Source: a virus
Virus record (IMG/VR): IMGVR_UViG_3300010885_020282
Span: 10,676 to 74,675 of that record
Reading direction: 5' to 3' (one strand)
DNA length: 64,000 nucleotides
Position 1 is the first letter of the stretch, and each line of letters opens with the position of its first letter. A program made the position numbers and the translations under genes. The notes under the pieces are model-generated. The model was not told the origin of the DNA and did not search any database. It saw only the letters and a list, made by a program, of their open reading frames with translations. Below, one piece after another: positions 39,402 to 49,769 of this stretch.

Positions 39402-39428
39402 AAAGGGCCTGCGGGCCCTTTACCTTTT
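39402..39428 (+). terminator. intrinsic terminator hairpin ending the structural operon
   Basis: AAAGGGCC-TGCG-GGCCCTTT (39402-39421) followed by accTTTT; A-tract 5' allows function on both strands. Confidence 0.7.
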
Positions 39429-39447
39429 GTAAATATTGCTGTATAAT
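39419..39447 (+). promoter_or_regulatory. composite promoter: sigma70-like (TTTACC-17-TATAAT) with nested late core TAAATA
   Basis: TTTACC 39419-39424, TAAATA 39430-39435, TATAAT 39442-39447, ATGs at 39448 and 39454. Confidence 0.55.
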
Positions 39448-39762
39448 ATGAACATGAATACTGATGCTTTAATTATCCACGCACGGGCTAGATTTGATCA
39501 TGAAACGGCACGTCGCGTTTTAAAAGAAAAATACCAAGCCCGAATGTTGTTTGCCTACAATGGCGGTATGTGGCAGGCTGGTCCTGAACTATTAACGTTA
39601 CTGCAAGCTGTGCCAGTTGAAGATGATGTAGTGTTGCTGGATCTATATGACAATCCTGTAAAAATCAATCCTGCGGAATTGCAGTATCTAGCTCTTGGAC
39701 GTTGGCAAGAACAAATGAACGCCTGGCTAGTTGAGCATGATGAAATGAGTCGTAAACGATGA
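39448..39762 (+). CDS. hypothetical phage protein
   Basis: ~104 aa, ATG 39448 or 39454; ATGA coupling to next gene. Confidence 0.65.
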   Translation: MNMNTDALIIHARARFDHETARRVLKEKYQARMLFAYNGGMWQAGPELLTLLQAVPVEDDVVLLDLYDNPVKINPAELQYLALGRWQEQMNAWLVEHDEMSRKR

Positions 39763-40565
39763 CCACTGGCGCACTAATACTTGCCTTCAACAATGAAGAA
39801 ACAGATTATGTAGCCATGGCATCATGGAGTGCTAGAAACATACGTCGGCATCTTGGAATCCCAACCTCAATTATAACTGACTGTGTTGATGCTGCCAAGC
39901 TTGTTGATTTTGATCACGTGATATCAGCCAATTCACAAACTGGCGGTACACGCTATTTTGAAGATTATGACCGAACAGTGACCTGGCATAATGCTGGCCG
40001 CACTGATGTATACAATTTAACACCATATGATCAAACATTGGTGCTAGATGCTGATTATGTTGTGGCCTGTAATGATTTGAAAACAGTGTTAAATGCAACA
40101 CAGGATTTTATGTGCCACCGGCATGCACTTGACTTGACAACAGGAACTCTGTTTACTAACCTTAACCAATTTGGTGATTATAATTTTCCCATGTGGTGGG
40201 CCACAGTCATAATGTTCCGTAAAAGTAATACAGCACAATACATTTTTGATTCAATGCAAATGGTACGTGCTAACTGGCAGCACTATCGAGACTTGTACGG
40301 AATTAGACAAAGTAACTATCGAAACGACTATGCACTCAGCATTGCATTGGGTGTTGTGAGCGGGCACACACTACAAGTTGATAATATTCCTTGGCCACTG
40401 TACAGCCTTGTGCCCAGTGTGGGATTATCAAGAGTGCACGAAGACTCGTATCAGATACAGTACACAGATTCACAAAACCGACTCAAACAAATGACTTTTA
40501 GTGGTTTAGATTTTCACGCCATGGGCAAAAAACATCTGGAGGCTGTAATTGCCAGTACTAGCTGA
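39759..40565 (+). CDS. glycosyltransferase-like protein (GT-A fold, GT8-like)
   Basis: TPYDQTLVLDADY (DxD after beta strand), WATVIMF, RNDYALS, late H (FHAMGK). Confidence 0.65.
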   Translation: MTTGALILAFNNEETDYVAMASWSARNIRRHLGIPTSIITDCVDAAKLVDFDHVISANSQTGGTRYFEDYDRTVTWHNAGRTDVYNLTPYDQTLVLDADYVVACNDLKTVLNATQDFMCHRHALDLTTGTLFTNLNQFGDYNFPMWWATVIMFRKSNTAQYIFDSMQMVRANWQHYRDLYGIRQSNYRNDYALSIALGVVSGHTLQVDNIPWPLYSLVPSVGLSRVHEDSYQIQYTDSQNRLKQMTFSGLDFHAMGKKHLEAVIASTS

Positions 40566-41313
40566 ACGTGGGTACGTAATTCCTGCTATCGATACTGAAG
40601 ATGTTGATTATCTGTCCTGTGCAATAAAACTAGCACAGTCTATACGTCAATGGCATCCTGATGCTGATATATCTGTGTTGACTGTGCGTAGGTGTAGTGA
40701 TTCTGTTTTCAATCATGTGATACCTTTACCACATGGTGACCTAGGTGGCTACGCAAATGACTGGCAAGTGTTTGCTGCCAGCCCTTATAGACAAACTATC
40801 AAGCTTGAAGCAGACATGTTGATAGCCAGCCCCATTGATCACTGGTGGACCATGTTTGAACATCGGGATGTGGTTGTTAGTACAGGATGTAGAGATTTTT
40901 ATGATCAACCTGCAACCACAAGACGTTATCGTAAATTTATCGATGATAACCAGTTACCAGATGTTTATAATGCCATTACCTATTGGAGATTGAGTGCAAC
41001 TGCACGAGATTTTTTTAACCTAGTGCGTAGCATTTTTGAAAATTGGGATGAATACAAACAACTGGTAAAGTTTCCTGAAGACACTCCCAGCACAGATTTT
41101 GTGTATGCCATGGCAGCACAGATCATAGGTCCAGAATTGATCACCATGCCGTTTGCTAGTTACCCACGTATAGTACACATGAAGCGACATATTATTGGAA
41201 CGCAAACAGAAGATTGGACTCAAGAACTGGTATGGGAACAAGACCCATTGCGAATACAAACTGTGGCACAATGGGGTGCATTTCATTACAACATAAAGGA
41301 TTGGCTATCATGA
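40549..41313 (+). CDS. glycosyltransferase-like protein (GT-A fold), paralog of upstream gene
   Basis: TTG start with GGAGG; SPYRQTIKLEADM (ExD), LPDVYNAITY, TDFVYA, VHMK, FHY. Confidence 0.6.
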   Translation: MPVLAERGYVIPAIDTEDVDYLSCAIKLAQSIRQWHPDADISVLTVRRCSDSVFNHVIPLPHGDLGGYANDWQVFAASPYRQTIKLEADMLIASPIDHWWTMFEHRDVVVSTGCRDFYDQPATTRRYRKFIDDNQLPDVYNAITYWRLSATARDFFNLVRSIFENWDEYKQLVKFPEDTPSTDFVYAMAAQIIGPELITMPFASYPRIVHMKRHIIGTQTEDWTQELVWEQDPLRIQTVAQWGAFHYNIKDWLS

Positions 41314-41642
41314 TGACTGAACAAGAGTTTTGGGATATTTTACATGATGCTCCGCCCCCCAACCCTGTATTCTTTAGGTTATATTATGACGAATTAGGGA
41401 CTCCGGTAACTTATACCATGGAAGATCTACCTGGTAACTATATAGAGATTGACGCAGCCACATTTGCTTTGAGTCCAGTTAATGTGCGTGTGCGCAATAA
41501 TCAGTTGATAGAAATTGTTACCATGCGTTCACAAAAACTTGTACCCGGCCAAGCTGGTAACAAATGCCATCCCCGCGATGTTGCTGTGATTGTAACAACT
41601 GATACCAGCACACTATGGAAGAAAAAAGTCTATGAAAGTTGA
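41310..41642 (+). CDS. hypothetical phage protein
   Basis: ATG 41310 overlaps upstream TGA; FRLYYD..G motif; 110 aa. Confidence 0.6.
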   Translation: MMTEQEFWDILHDAPPPNPVFFRLYYDELGTPVTYTMEDLPGNYIEIDAATFALSPVNVRVRNNQLIEIVTMRSQKLVPGQAGNKCHPRDVAVIVTTDTSTLWKKKVYES

Positions 41643-42555
41643 CATTGCAGATCTAGACTGCATTTATTTGAGTTACGATGAACCAGCTAGGGAAGAGTTT
41701 TGGGTCAAGATTCGCAACATGATTCCTTGGGCACAACGTGTGGATGGTGTCAAGGGTAGTGATGCCGCACACAAAGCGGCAGCAGCCGCAAGTGACACTG
41801 AAAGATTTATTTTAATCGACGGAGATAACTTACCTGATCCTGCGTTCTTTAACCAAACACTCAACTTTGCCACAGCAGATCACGAGCAAGCAGTTTTTCG
41901 TTGGAGAGCACGTAATCACATCAATGGACTCATGTACGGTAATGGTGGCCTAAGTTCGTGGACACGTACATTTGTAAACTCGATGCGCACACACGAAGCT
42001 ACCGATGGGCGGGACGAAACAGTGGTAGAGTTTTGTTTTGACCCACTATACTGGGCCATGCATGATTGTTACTCTACTACATATCCCAATGGATCTCCCA
42101 AACACGCCTGGCGTGCTGGTTTCCGTGAAGGTGTCAAGATGTGTCTAGACCGTGGGCGCAAGCCTAGCACCGCTGAGTTTAGACAACGTGTGCATCAGCG
42201 CAACCTAGACAATCTAACTGTGTGGCAAAATGTTGGCTTGGATGTTGACCAGGGAGCCTGGGCCATTGCTGGTGCTAGAATGGGCACGTACAAAACAATG
42301 CTGACAGACTGGGATTTTCGTGAAGTGCAATGGTTTGATGCACTAGAAGCAATCTGGGAATCAATCAAGTCAACTGACCCTGCTGAGATTATTCAACAGT
42401 ACTCTGGTCCGTTGCAAACTCAATTGGATCTGCCAACAGCAATAATGATGCCTGATCAGAGTCAATTCTTTAAACATCATTATCGCAGTAATTGGCACAA
42501 TCTCGGCGTTATGACAAGAGAGATCGATGTAATAAGAAAGCAAGAGGGTTGGTGA
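41632..42555 (+). CDS. glycosyltransferase-like protein (GT-A-like, DGD motif)
   Basis: D.IYLSYDEP...RVDGVKGSDAAH.AAA....TERF..IDGDN...N..NGL.YGNGG...AWRAGFREGVK; homologous to C-terminal domain of 58931-61141. Confidence 0.6.
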   Translation: MKVDIADLDCIYLSYDEPAREEFWVKIRNMIPWAQRVDGVKGSDAAHKAAAAASDTERFILIDGDNLPDPAFFNQTLNFATADHEQAVFRWRARNHINGLMYGNGGLSSWTRTFVNSMRTHEATDGRDETVVEFCFDPLYWAMHDCYSTTYPNGSPKHAWRAGFREGVKMCLDRGRKPSTAEFRQRVHQRNLDNLTVWQNVGLDVDQGAWAIAGARMGTYKTMLTDWDFREVQWFDALEAIWESIKSTDPAEIIQQYSGPLQTQLDLPTAIMMPDQSQFFKHHYRSNWHNLGVMTREIDVIRKQEGW

Positions 42556-43256
42556 TGCGTTTATTGGTCAATGGATGTAGTTTTAGTCGTGGTCCCATTG
42601 CCTGGCCCAATCACGTGGCTCGTTTGTTAAATGCAGATCTTGTTAACCTAGCACAGTCGGGTGCAGGCAACAACTACATTGCCCAAACAACACAAGCAGA
42701 GCTTGCACGATGCGACTATGATCTTGTGCTGGTTATGTGGAGCGGGCTAGAACGCATTGATATACAAGTGGAGCGCATAGAAGATTTTGATCAAACACTG
42801 TGCACTAGCTTGTATCAAAGCAGTCAAAACGACTGGGCTGAAAAAATAGTAGAACCTGTAAACGATCAAGACTGTGTACAAAAAGACTGGGTGTTTGGTG
42901 TAGGATATTTGAATGGTGATCGATTCCTAACAAGCAATGGGCTGTTTACTAAACAATACATGTACCAGTCATTGAGCCAGCACACACAACGTAGCATGTA
43001 TCACATGATCAGTTTGCAGAGTTATTGCAAATCTCGTGGCATACCGTTTGTGGCAACATTCTATCAAAACTATGTGACTGAGTTTGATCATTTCCCTACA
43101 CTAAAAGCTCAGTTAGACTGGAACAATATCTATAATCAAGTCAACTTGTTTGATCTTGTCAAGCAAACAAAGGACTTTGATACAGATGGGCTACACCCTG
43201 GTGCAACGGCATATGAACGCTGGGCTGTTAATTTATATAATTTTATTTCAAAATGA
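42555..43256 (+). CDS. SGNH/GDSL hydrolase-fold protein (esterase/acyltransferase)
   Basis: ATG 42555 overlaps upstream TGA; block I GCSF, block II NLAQSGAGN, block V DGLHP. Confidence 0.75.
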   Translation: MRLLVNGCSFSRGPIAWPNHVARLLNADLVNLAQSGAGNNYIAQTTQAELARCDYDLVLVMWSGLERIDIQVERIEDFDQTLCTSLYQSSQNDWAEKIVEPVNDQDCVQKDWVFGVGYLNGDRFLTSNGLFTKQYMYQSLSQHTQRSMYHMISLQSYCKSRGIPFVATFYQNYVTEFDHFPTLKAQLDWNNIYNQVNLFDLVKQTKDFDTDGLHPGATAYERWAVNLYNFISK

Positions 43257-44230
43257 TCACACTACCAAACATAGATGGAAAAATTTGGAATCTTGAACAA
43301 AAGATTGTTGACATAATAGATTGTGTAATAAATCAACAGTCCTTGACTATTAGTCTAAACAACGAAGGGCCCGACGCTGCCGAGCTGGGCTTGTATTCTT
43401 TGTTAGACGCTATTTGTAGACAATACAATTACCCTAAACAAAATATACATATCTTAACTTGTAATCAGTTAGAATATCATCATGAGTATTGTATAGAAAA
43501 ACAATCACCTCTGTATGTGTCTGAATCACAGCAATTTGCACTAAAGCACCAATTCCCAACAAAAACATTCGGTGACAGCTTCAAACACTTTGGTTTGTTT
43601 ATAGGTCGCAGTAATTGGTTACGATTATGGCTTGCTAGTTATATGTACAATTGTCACCGAAATCAAACAAAGATGACTTTTCACTACGATCCTAAACTGG
43701 ACTTTCATCAGGATCACCTGGGCTTAGACGATCTAATCAGATTTAAATCAGACTTAATACAGGATCTAAATCCAATGCAATTGATTTCTGATTCCCCAAT
43801 AGTAGATCAAACTGTAGAAACATACCCTATACTAACACCGGCACATTTTAATATAAGCAAAGTATACCATTCTTTCTTTTTAGAAATAGTATGCGAAACG
43901 TACAGCCGTGGCGCTAGTTTTTACCCCACTGAAAAAATCTGGCGCCCAATCATCAACCGCACCCCTTTTATTGTTCAGGGTCCTCAGAATTATACCAACA
44001 ACCTGCATCGTTTAGGGTTTAAAACTTTTAGTAACTGGTTTGATGAAAGTCATGGCCAAGATGATTACAGTTATCAACCCGTGGGTATTTGTACTACATT
44101 GAATCAATTGGCTGCATATTCAACAGAAGAGTTAGAGGGCATATATATTGACATGACTGATACATTAGAACACAACTATCAAGTCTTGATGGAATTAACT
44201 GACAAAAAGATAGTAGAGATTTTTAAATGA
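43253..44230 (+). CDS. putative glycosyltransferase ('ET...TEK...PF...GF.TF...DESY' family, GT-B/GT10-like C-terminus)
   Basis: EIVCET...YPTEKIWRPI...PFIVQG...LGFKTF..WFDES; one of four paralogs. Confidence 0.55.
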   Translation: MITLPNIDGKIWNLEQKIVDIIDCVINQQSLTISLNNEGPDAAELGLYSLLDAICRQYNYPKQNIHILTCNQLEYHHEYCIEKQSPLYVSESQQFALKHQFPTKTFGDSFKHFGLFIGRSNWLRLWLASYMYNCHRNQTKMTFHYDPKLDFHQDHLGLDDLIRFKSDLIQDLNPMQLISDSPIVDQTVETYPILTPAHFNISKVYHSFFLEIVCETYSRGASFYPTEKIWRPIINRTPFIVQGPQNYTNNLHRLGFKTFSNWFDESHGQDDYSYQPVGICTTLNQLAAYSTEELEGIYIDMTDTLEHNYQVLMELTDKKIVEIFK

Positions 44231-45621
44231 GCCAGGACAATGAAACACTAACCAACAAAAGCAACTTCATGGGATCTGCCGAGCAAATGAAAGACTCCCT
44301 GGGTCCTGCTCTTTGCCTGGCTAAATGGAAGCAAGTGAGTCTACACTTGCCTACTGGGCTCAACAACTCGTGTTACCATCCTCCCTTGCAATCAATTCCA
44401 GTGGAGGGATTGGCAGATAACCCTGGACAGTTGCACAACACTCCGCACAAAAAAGCACAACGTGTGTTAATGCTAAAGAATGAACGCCCTGCAGAATGCC
44501 AGTACTGTTGGAACATGGAAGACCTAGGCGAAATGAGTGACCGGCATTATCGTTCAGGTGAACCCTGGGCCGCAGTTGACCTAGAAAAAATTCGTAACAG
44601 CACAGGACTCGAAGATGACATTATCCCCAGTTACGTGGAAGTTAATTTTAATCATGCTTGTAATCTTAAATGTAGTTATTGCTCACCTCAGTTTAGTTCA
44701 AGTTGGCAAGACGAAGTGGAAAGACACGGAGCATACCCCACCCATCGCCCTCATAATGCTCCTGAGCACTTTAGTGGTAATCGCAGACCTATTCCTGCTA
44801 GGGCCGATAACCCTTATGTAGATGCTTTCTGGGCTTGGTGGCCCACCTTGTACCCACAACTAAAACATTTTCGCATGACCGGCGGCGAACCACTAATGGA
44901 TCGAAACACCTATCGAGTGTTTGACTATGTGTTGGCCTTGCCCAAACCCGATTTGCATTTAAATGTAACCAGTAACTTTAGCGTAGAAGATGTGTTGTTT
45001 GAAAAGTACCTGGGCTATGTCAAACAGCTATGTGACACCAATATTGAACACTTCATGCAGTATGTGAGCCTTGACACAGGTAATTTTTTACAAGCCGAAT
45101 ACATACGGCATGGTCTCAACGGCGCAAGATTAATTGACAATGTGTTGCGTTACCTAGATGAAGTTCCTGCAAGAAACAGTTTGACATTTATTGTTACTAT
45201 GAACAATCTCTCTGTAACAGGATTCCAAAGTTTGATGGAATGGATACTTGTGCTAAGAACTACATTTAGCGACACCTATCAACGTGTGTGGTTTGATACC
45301 CCTGTATTACGTGCACCCTCTTGGCAAAGCCTGCAAATCTTGCCTGAAAGTTATGCTGTCATGTTAGAACGCACAGCTGATTGGATGCAAGAGCGTGTTA
45401 CTGCAGGATTGCACGGCTTTAAAGATTATGAAGTGCAACGTTTGCGGAGAGACATCGCCTGGATGCGAGAAGGACAAAAGCTTGATAATATTCAAAACAA
45501 AGCAGACTTTTATCGTTTCTTTAGCGAGCACGATCGTAGACGAGATACAGACTTCTTGCAAACTTTTCCTGAAATGAAGTCCTGGTGGACAGAATGTGAA
45601 GCGCATGCTCGGCAATCGTAA
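44227..45621 (+). CDS. radical SAM protein with N-terminal twitch/SPASM-like domain
   Basis: N-terminal CLAKW...SCYHP...CQYCW; CNLKCSYC; TGGEP. Confidence 0.85.
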   Translation: MSQDNETLTNKSNFMGSAEQMKDSLGPALCLAKWKQVSLHLPTGLNNSCYHPPLQSIPVEGLADNPGQLHNTPHKKAQRVLMLKNERPAECQYCWNMEDLGEMSDRHYRSGEPWAAVDLEKIRNSTGLEDDIIPSYVEVNFNHACNLKCSYCSPQFSSSWQDEVERHGAYPTHRPHNAPEHFSGNRRPIPARADNPYVDAFWAWWPTLYPQLKHFRMTGGEPLMDRNTYRVFDYVLALPKPDLHLNVTSNFSVEDVLFEKYLGYVKQLCDTNIEHFMQYVSLDTGNFLQAEYIRHGLNGARLIDNVLRYLDEVPARNSLTFIVTMNNLSVTGFQSLMEWILVLRTTFSDTYQRVWFDTPVLRAPSWQSLQILPESYAVMLERTADWMQERVTAGLHGFKDYEVQRLRRDIAWMREGQKLDNIQNKADFYRFFSEHDRRRDTDFLQTFPEMKSWWTECEAHARQS

Positions 45622-46747
45622 ACTAATACTAGACAGATTTTGTGAAGTATACTTGTTATTAAAACCCTGGGTAGATGAAATATTTTGGGATTTCTCCACA
45701 GTAGATCCTGAACCCGGTGCAATATACATGATTGGACGACAGCAACTGATCAACAATCGTGAAAAATTTCGGGACATGGCCGCTAGCGGATTATACACAA
45801 TGGTGTTTAACAACAGTGCCGAAGGATCGTGGACATTAGAAAGTCAAATAAAACAACTCAAACTTGAAGAACTAGCACTGGATAAAAGGATATTGTTTGT
45901 AGGCGGTGCACCAATTAACCTAGACTTTGCGTGTTTATCACATGAGCACTTTTTGGCCAGCATACTGGACTACGATGAAAACGTTGCTGTGCAATCTCAT
46001 ACCGATGACATATTCTCCAAGCATGACAAGCCATATAAGTTCTTATTTTTAAATGGTCGTGCCAGACCGCATAGGAAATATCTGTACGAACGATTCAAAA
46101 GAAATGGTACACTAGACCATGCTTTATGGACCATGTTGGATGCCAAGCCTACTGTGGTTAGAACATTTGATTTATACGAGAACGACACAAATGTCATGGC
46201 CACACCAACACCATTGCAACGCTTGCCAGACCACTACGAAGTAGACAGATATCGTGATCCCACGTTTGGGCCAATTGTGCTGGATCAATCCAACATAAAA
46301 CAAGAATTATTTAGAAATGAATGGGGTGATATTTACCTTGCACCCGAACCATATGTGGACACATATTTTAGTCTGGTTACAGAAACAGTATGTGCAGAAA
46401 GTACATACAGTTTTAGAACAGAAAAAATAGCTAAACCACTTGTCATGGGTCACCCATTTATTGTGGCATCAACGCCGGGGTTTTATCAAGACTTACACAC
46501 CCTAGGATTTAAAACATTTGCCGGTATCATTGATGAAAGTTTTGATTCAATTGACAACGCTCAACTTAGAATGGATCGAATTGTGGACATTGTAACAGAT
46601 TTATGTCAGCAAGACCTTGCGAGTTTCCTTCGGGCGTGTTATAATGTATGTAAATACAATCAGCAACATCTTGTGGAAATTCAAGCAAAAGATCGAAAAG
46701 AATTTCCTGATCGTTTCTCCCAATTTATAAATCAATACATTCAATGA
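45605..46747 (+). CDS. putative glycosyltransferase (TEK family)
   Basis: FLFLNGRARPHR; SLVTET...RTEKIAKPL..GHPF...LGFKTF..IIDESFD. Confidence 0.55.
   Translation: MLGNRKLILDRFCEVYLLLKPWVDEIFWDFSTVDPEPGAIYMIGRQQLINNREKFRDMAASGLYTMVFNNSAEGSWTLESQIKQLKLEELALDKRILFVGGAPINLDFACLSHEHFLASILDYDENVAVQSHTDDIFSKHDKPYKFLFLNGRARPHRKYLYERFKRNGTLDHALWTMLDAKPTVVRTFDLYENDTNVMATPTPLQRLPDHYEVDRYRDPTFGPIVLDQSNIKQELFRNEWGDIYLAPEPYVDTYFSLVTETVCAESTYSFRTEKIAKPLVMGHPFIVASTPGFYQDLHTLGFKTFAGIIDESFDSIDNAQLRMDRIVDIVTDLCQQDLASFLRACYNVCKYNQQHLVEIQAKDRKEFPDRFSQFINQYIQ
46617..46656 (+). promoter_or_regulatory. gene-internal composite promoter (sigma70 TTGCGA-17-TATAAT with extended -10, then late core TAAATA)
   Basis: TTGCGA 46617-46622, TGtTATAAT with -10 at 46640-46645, TAAATA 46651-46656; ~90 bp before the four-gene radical SAM run. 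Confidence 0.5.
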
Positions 46748-48075
46748 ATGATCTAGAATTCCGTACTACAGTATTGGACCCACTTAGCGATAGTTTTTGT
46801 GCAGCCAAATGGTACAATGCAACCATTTGGTTGGGCAGTGGCATGACCACCAGTTGCCATCATCCCCCGGCCCATTTAGTCGACAAAGATAAAGTCGGTG
46901 CTAACCCTAGGCTGTTGCACAACACTGATCAAAAGAAAGACGATCGCAGAAAGATGCTCACAGGCGAACGACCTGCAGGCTGCGAATACTGTTGGAAAAT
47001 TGAAGACATGGGTCGCGATGCCATCAGTGACCGTGTGTATAAAAGTAAAATTTATCCTATCCACGCATTAAAGGAAGCATATGAAACACCTGTTGAACAA
47101 GATGTCAACTTACGTACCTTGGAAATTGCTTTTGACCGTACTTGCCAGTTTGCTTGTAGCTACTGCAATCCTGCTTTTAGTAGCACATGGGTTCGAGATA
47201 TACGAAACAACGGCGCTTACAAGGGCTTGGTTAGCGATGGCAGGAATCATTTTACTCATGATCACGCTGCCGCTCAACTTTACAAATTCGGAGAAAGAAA
47301 TCCCTACGTGGACGCATTCTTTGCCTGGTGGGAAAGCGACCTCCATAGAACACTCCAAGAGCTTAGAATAACCGGTGGTGAGCCACTGATGTCAGGATAT
47401 ACCTGGAAACTGATTGATTGGTTCAAAGAAAACCAAGGCAAGTCAACCACACGACTTGCTATCAACAGCAATCTTGGTACTGATGTAGATGTTGATAGAC
47501 TGCTATCCAGTATTGACGGAATGGCAATAGATCTTTACACGTCAAATGAAGCTGTGGGAGTCCAAGCCGAATACATACGTGATGGACTTGTGTGGCAAGA
47601 CTGGGTTGACAATGTTGAACGTTTGTTAGCAAGCAAAAAGTTCCGTGGCATACACGTCATGTGCACAATCAATGCTTTGTGCTTGGACACCTTGGATCAA
47701 CTGCTAGAGTGCATAATGGAATGGAAATCCAAACACGGTCGTGACGCTATCAGTTTTACACTCAATATTTTGCGTTTTCCTAGCTTTCAGTCCCCCTTGG
47801 TGTTGCCCAATACAACACGCATGATTTACCGGCAAAGACTAATCACATGGTTAGAACACTACCACAATTCAATATTCTTACATGAGCATGAGCTCAATCA
47901 TGTTCAACGACTAGTAGATTACCTAGACGTAGTAAAGACCCCGCACAGTGAAGCATTTGAAATGCCCAAACTCCTAAATGATTTTAAACAGTTCTATACA
48001 CAGTACGATACTCGGCGTAGCAAGAACTTTGTAAAAACATTTCCAGCATTAACTGATTGGTACAACACCTTATGA
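46744..48075 (+). CDS. radical SAM protein with N-terminal twitch/SPASM-like domain
   Basis: CAAKW...SCHHP...CEYCW; CQFACSYC; TGGEP; close paralog of 44227-45621. Confidence 0.85.
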   Translation: MNDLEFRTTVLDPLSDSFCAAKWYNATIWLGSGMTTSCHHPPAHLVDKDKVGANPRLLHNTDQKKDDRRKMLTGERPAGCEYCWKIEDMGRDAISDRVYKSKIYPIHALKEAYETPVEQDVNLRTLEIAFDRTCQFACSYCNPAFSSTWVRDIRNNGAYKGLVSDGRNHFTHDHAAAQLYKFGERNPYVDAFFAWWESDLHRTLQELRITGGEPLMSGYTWKLIDWFKENQGKSTTRLAINSNLGTDVDVDRLLSSIDGMAIDLYTSNEAVGVQAEYIRDGLVWQDWVDNVERLLASKKFRGIHVMCTINALCLDTLDQLLECIMEWKSKHGRDAISFTLNILRFPSFQSPLVLPNTTRMIYRQRLITWLEHYHNSIFLHEHELNHVQRLVDYLDVVKTPHSEAFEMPKLLNDFKQFYTQYDTRRSKNFVKTFPALTDWYNTL

Positions 48076-49769
48076 ACTTTGATCAAGCACTAGACGCATG
48101 CCGTCGAGAATTTGATATTGTTGCTGAAATTGATTTAGCAAAATGGGGCACAGATTATGCTCAAGGCCAACAATGGTTGGAAACGATTTTGCGAGAGATT
48201 CGTCGCGATGTATTTGCGCCCCAAGAACTCATTGTGTTATTACATCGACAAGATTTTTTCACTCCTGATAGTCGAGTTGGGCTGATCTTAAAGAACCTAC
48301 AAGTACTGCTCAACGAAGTAGATATCAGCAATTATTTTGTACGTGTGCTCTCCAGCGATCCCAACATTGATCAAACTCGCTTGTGGTTGTTGTCAAACAG
48401 TACCGACACTGTGCCTCTGACCATTGATGCAGTTGATGACCAGTTTGATGCAGTAGAGTTAACACACCACCCGGCTAGCTTAAAAGAAACGTATCAATAC
48501 GGCAGTAGCAATCCTTTAAAAATTAATATACAAGACTTGTCCTTGCGCGAGCGTGAATTACTCACAGAATCAAAAACGTTTTGCATGTATCCTTGGATTC
48601 ATTTACACGCATTTCCCACGGGTGATGCACATCCTTGTTGCTACAGCGAAATGTCTCATCAGATTGGACACACAAAAGAAAATACCCTAGCCGAAATATG
48701 GAATGATCAGCCCATGCGTGATTTGCGCATACGCATGCTCAACAACGAGACTAGTGGTGCGTGTAAGAAATGTTATGAACAAGAAGCCAACGGGTTTTTT
48801 AGTGGACGACAAAGCGCCAACAAACATCACGGGCATCATGTTCAACGTGCGTTGGCTACGCATGATAACGGGCACCTAGATCAATTTGAAATGACATACT
48901 GGGATATTCGTTTCAGTAATCTTTGTAATTTAAGTTGCCGCAGTTGCGGGCATATTTTTAGTTCAAGTTGGTACAAAGATCAAAGCCAATTGGCCGGGCC
49001 CGAATGGGCGCAACGACATCAAGTATTAAACTTTGCCGGGCGTACTCAAACTGATATCTGGGAACAACTGGTGCCGCACCTGGATTACGTGGAACAAATT
49101 TACTTTGCTGGTGGTGAGCCCTTGATGATGGACGAGCATTATCGTATTCTTGAAGAGCTTGAACGTCGTGGCCGCTTTGATGTTAGATTAATCTACAACA
49201 CCAACTTCACACAAGTACGACTCAAAGATCGCATGGTATTTGATTATTGGAAACGATTCGACAGCGTTAGTGTGGGCGCCAGTTTAGATGACATGGGGCC
49301 ACGTGGCGAATACGTTCGAAAAGGCACACGCTGGGCCACAGTTGAAGCCAATCGTGAAAGAATGATGCAGGAATGTCCACGTGTGGACTTTTATATTAGT
49401 CCCACACTTAGCATTTTAAACGCTTGGAGCCTGCCAGACTTTCATCGCAATTGGGTTGAACAAGGCTTTATCCGTGCACAAGATTTAAATGTCAACATAC
49501 TGCAAGACCCTGTGCACTATAGAATTGATATTGCACCCAGTGAATACAAAGCACGTTTAACTGAAAAGTATCAACAACACATTGAATGGCTACGCCCACA
49601 AGACGCTCTGGCCCGTGCCACGGTGGGGTTTGAAAGTGCTGTTACACTCATGAATAGCACAGACAATACTCATTTTATCGATACGTTTTGGCGCAAAACA
49701 CACGAGCTTGACAGTATTAGAAACGAATCTTGGTCCGACATCATACCCGAATTAAAGGCACTATTATGA
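48072..49769 (+). CDS. radical SAM protein with N-terminal twitch domain and extra ~165-aa N-terminal domain
   Basis: ATG 48072 overlaps upstream TGA; CMYPW...PCC...CKKCY; CNLSCRSC; AGGEP; YNTN; SLD. Confidence 0.85.
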   Translation: MNFDQALDACRREFDIVAEIDLAKWGTDYAQGQQWLETILREIRRDVFAPQELIVLLHRQDFFTPDSRVGLILKNLQVLLNEVDISNYFVRVLSSDPNIDQTRLWLLSNSTDTVPLTIDAVDDQFDAVELTHHPASLKETYQYGSSNPLKINIQDLSLRERELLTESKTFCMYPWIHLHAFPTGDAHPCCYSEMSHQIGHTKENTLAEIWNDQPMRDLRIRMLNNETSGACKKCYEQEANGFFSGRQSANKHHGHHVQRALATHDNGHLDQFEMTYWDIRFSNLCNLSCRSCGHIFSSSWYKDQSQLAGPEWAQRHQVLNFAGRTQTDIWEQLVPHLDYVEQIYFAGGEPLMMDEHYRILEELERRGRFDVRLIYNTNFTQVRLKDRMVFDYWKRFDSVSVGASLDDMGPRGEYVRKGTRWATVEANRERMMQECPRVDFYISPTLSILNAWSLPDFHRNWVEQGFIRAQDLNVNILQDPVHYRIDIAPSEYKARLTEKYQQHIEWLRPQDALARATVGFESAVTLMNSTDNTHFIDTFWRKTHELDSIRNESWSDIIPELKALL

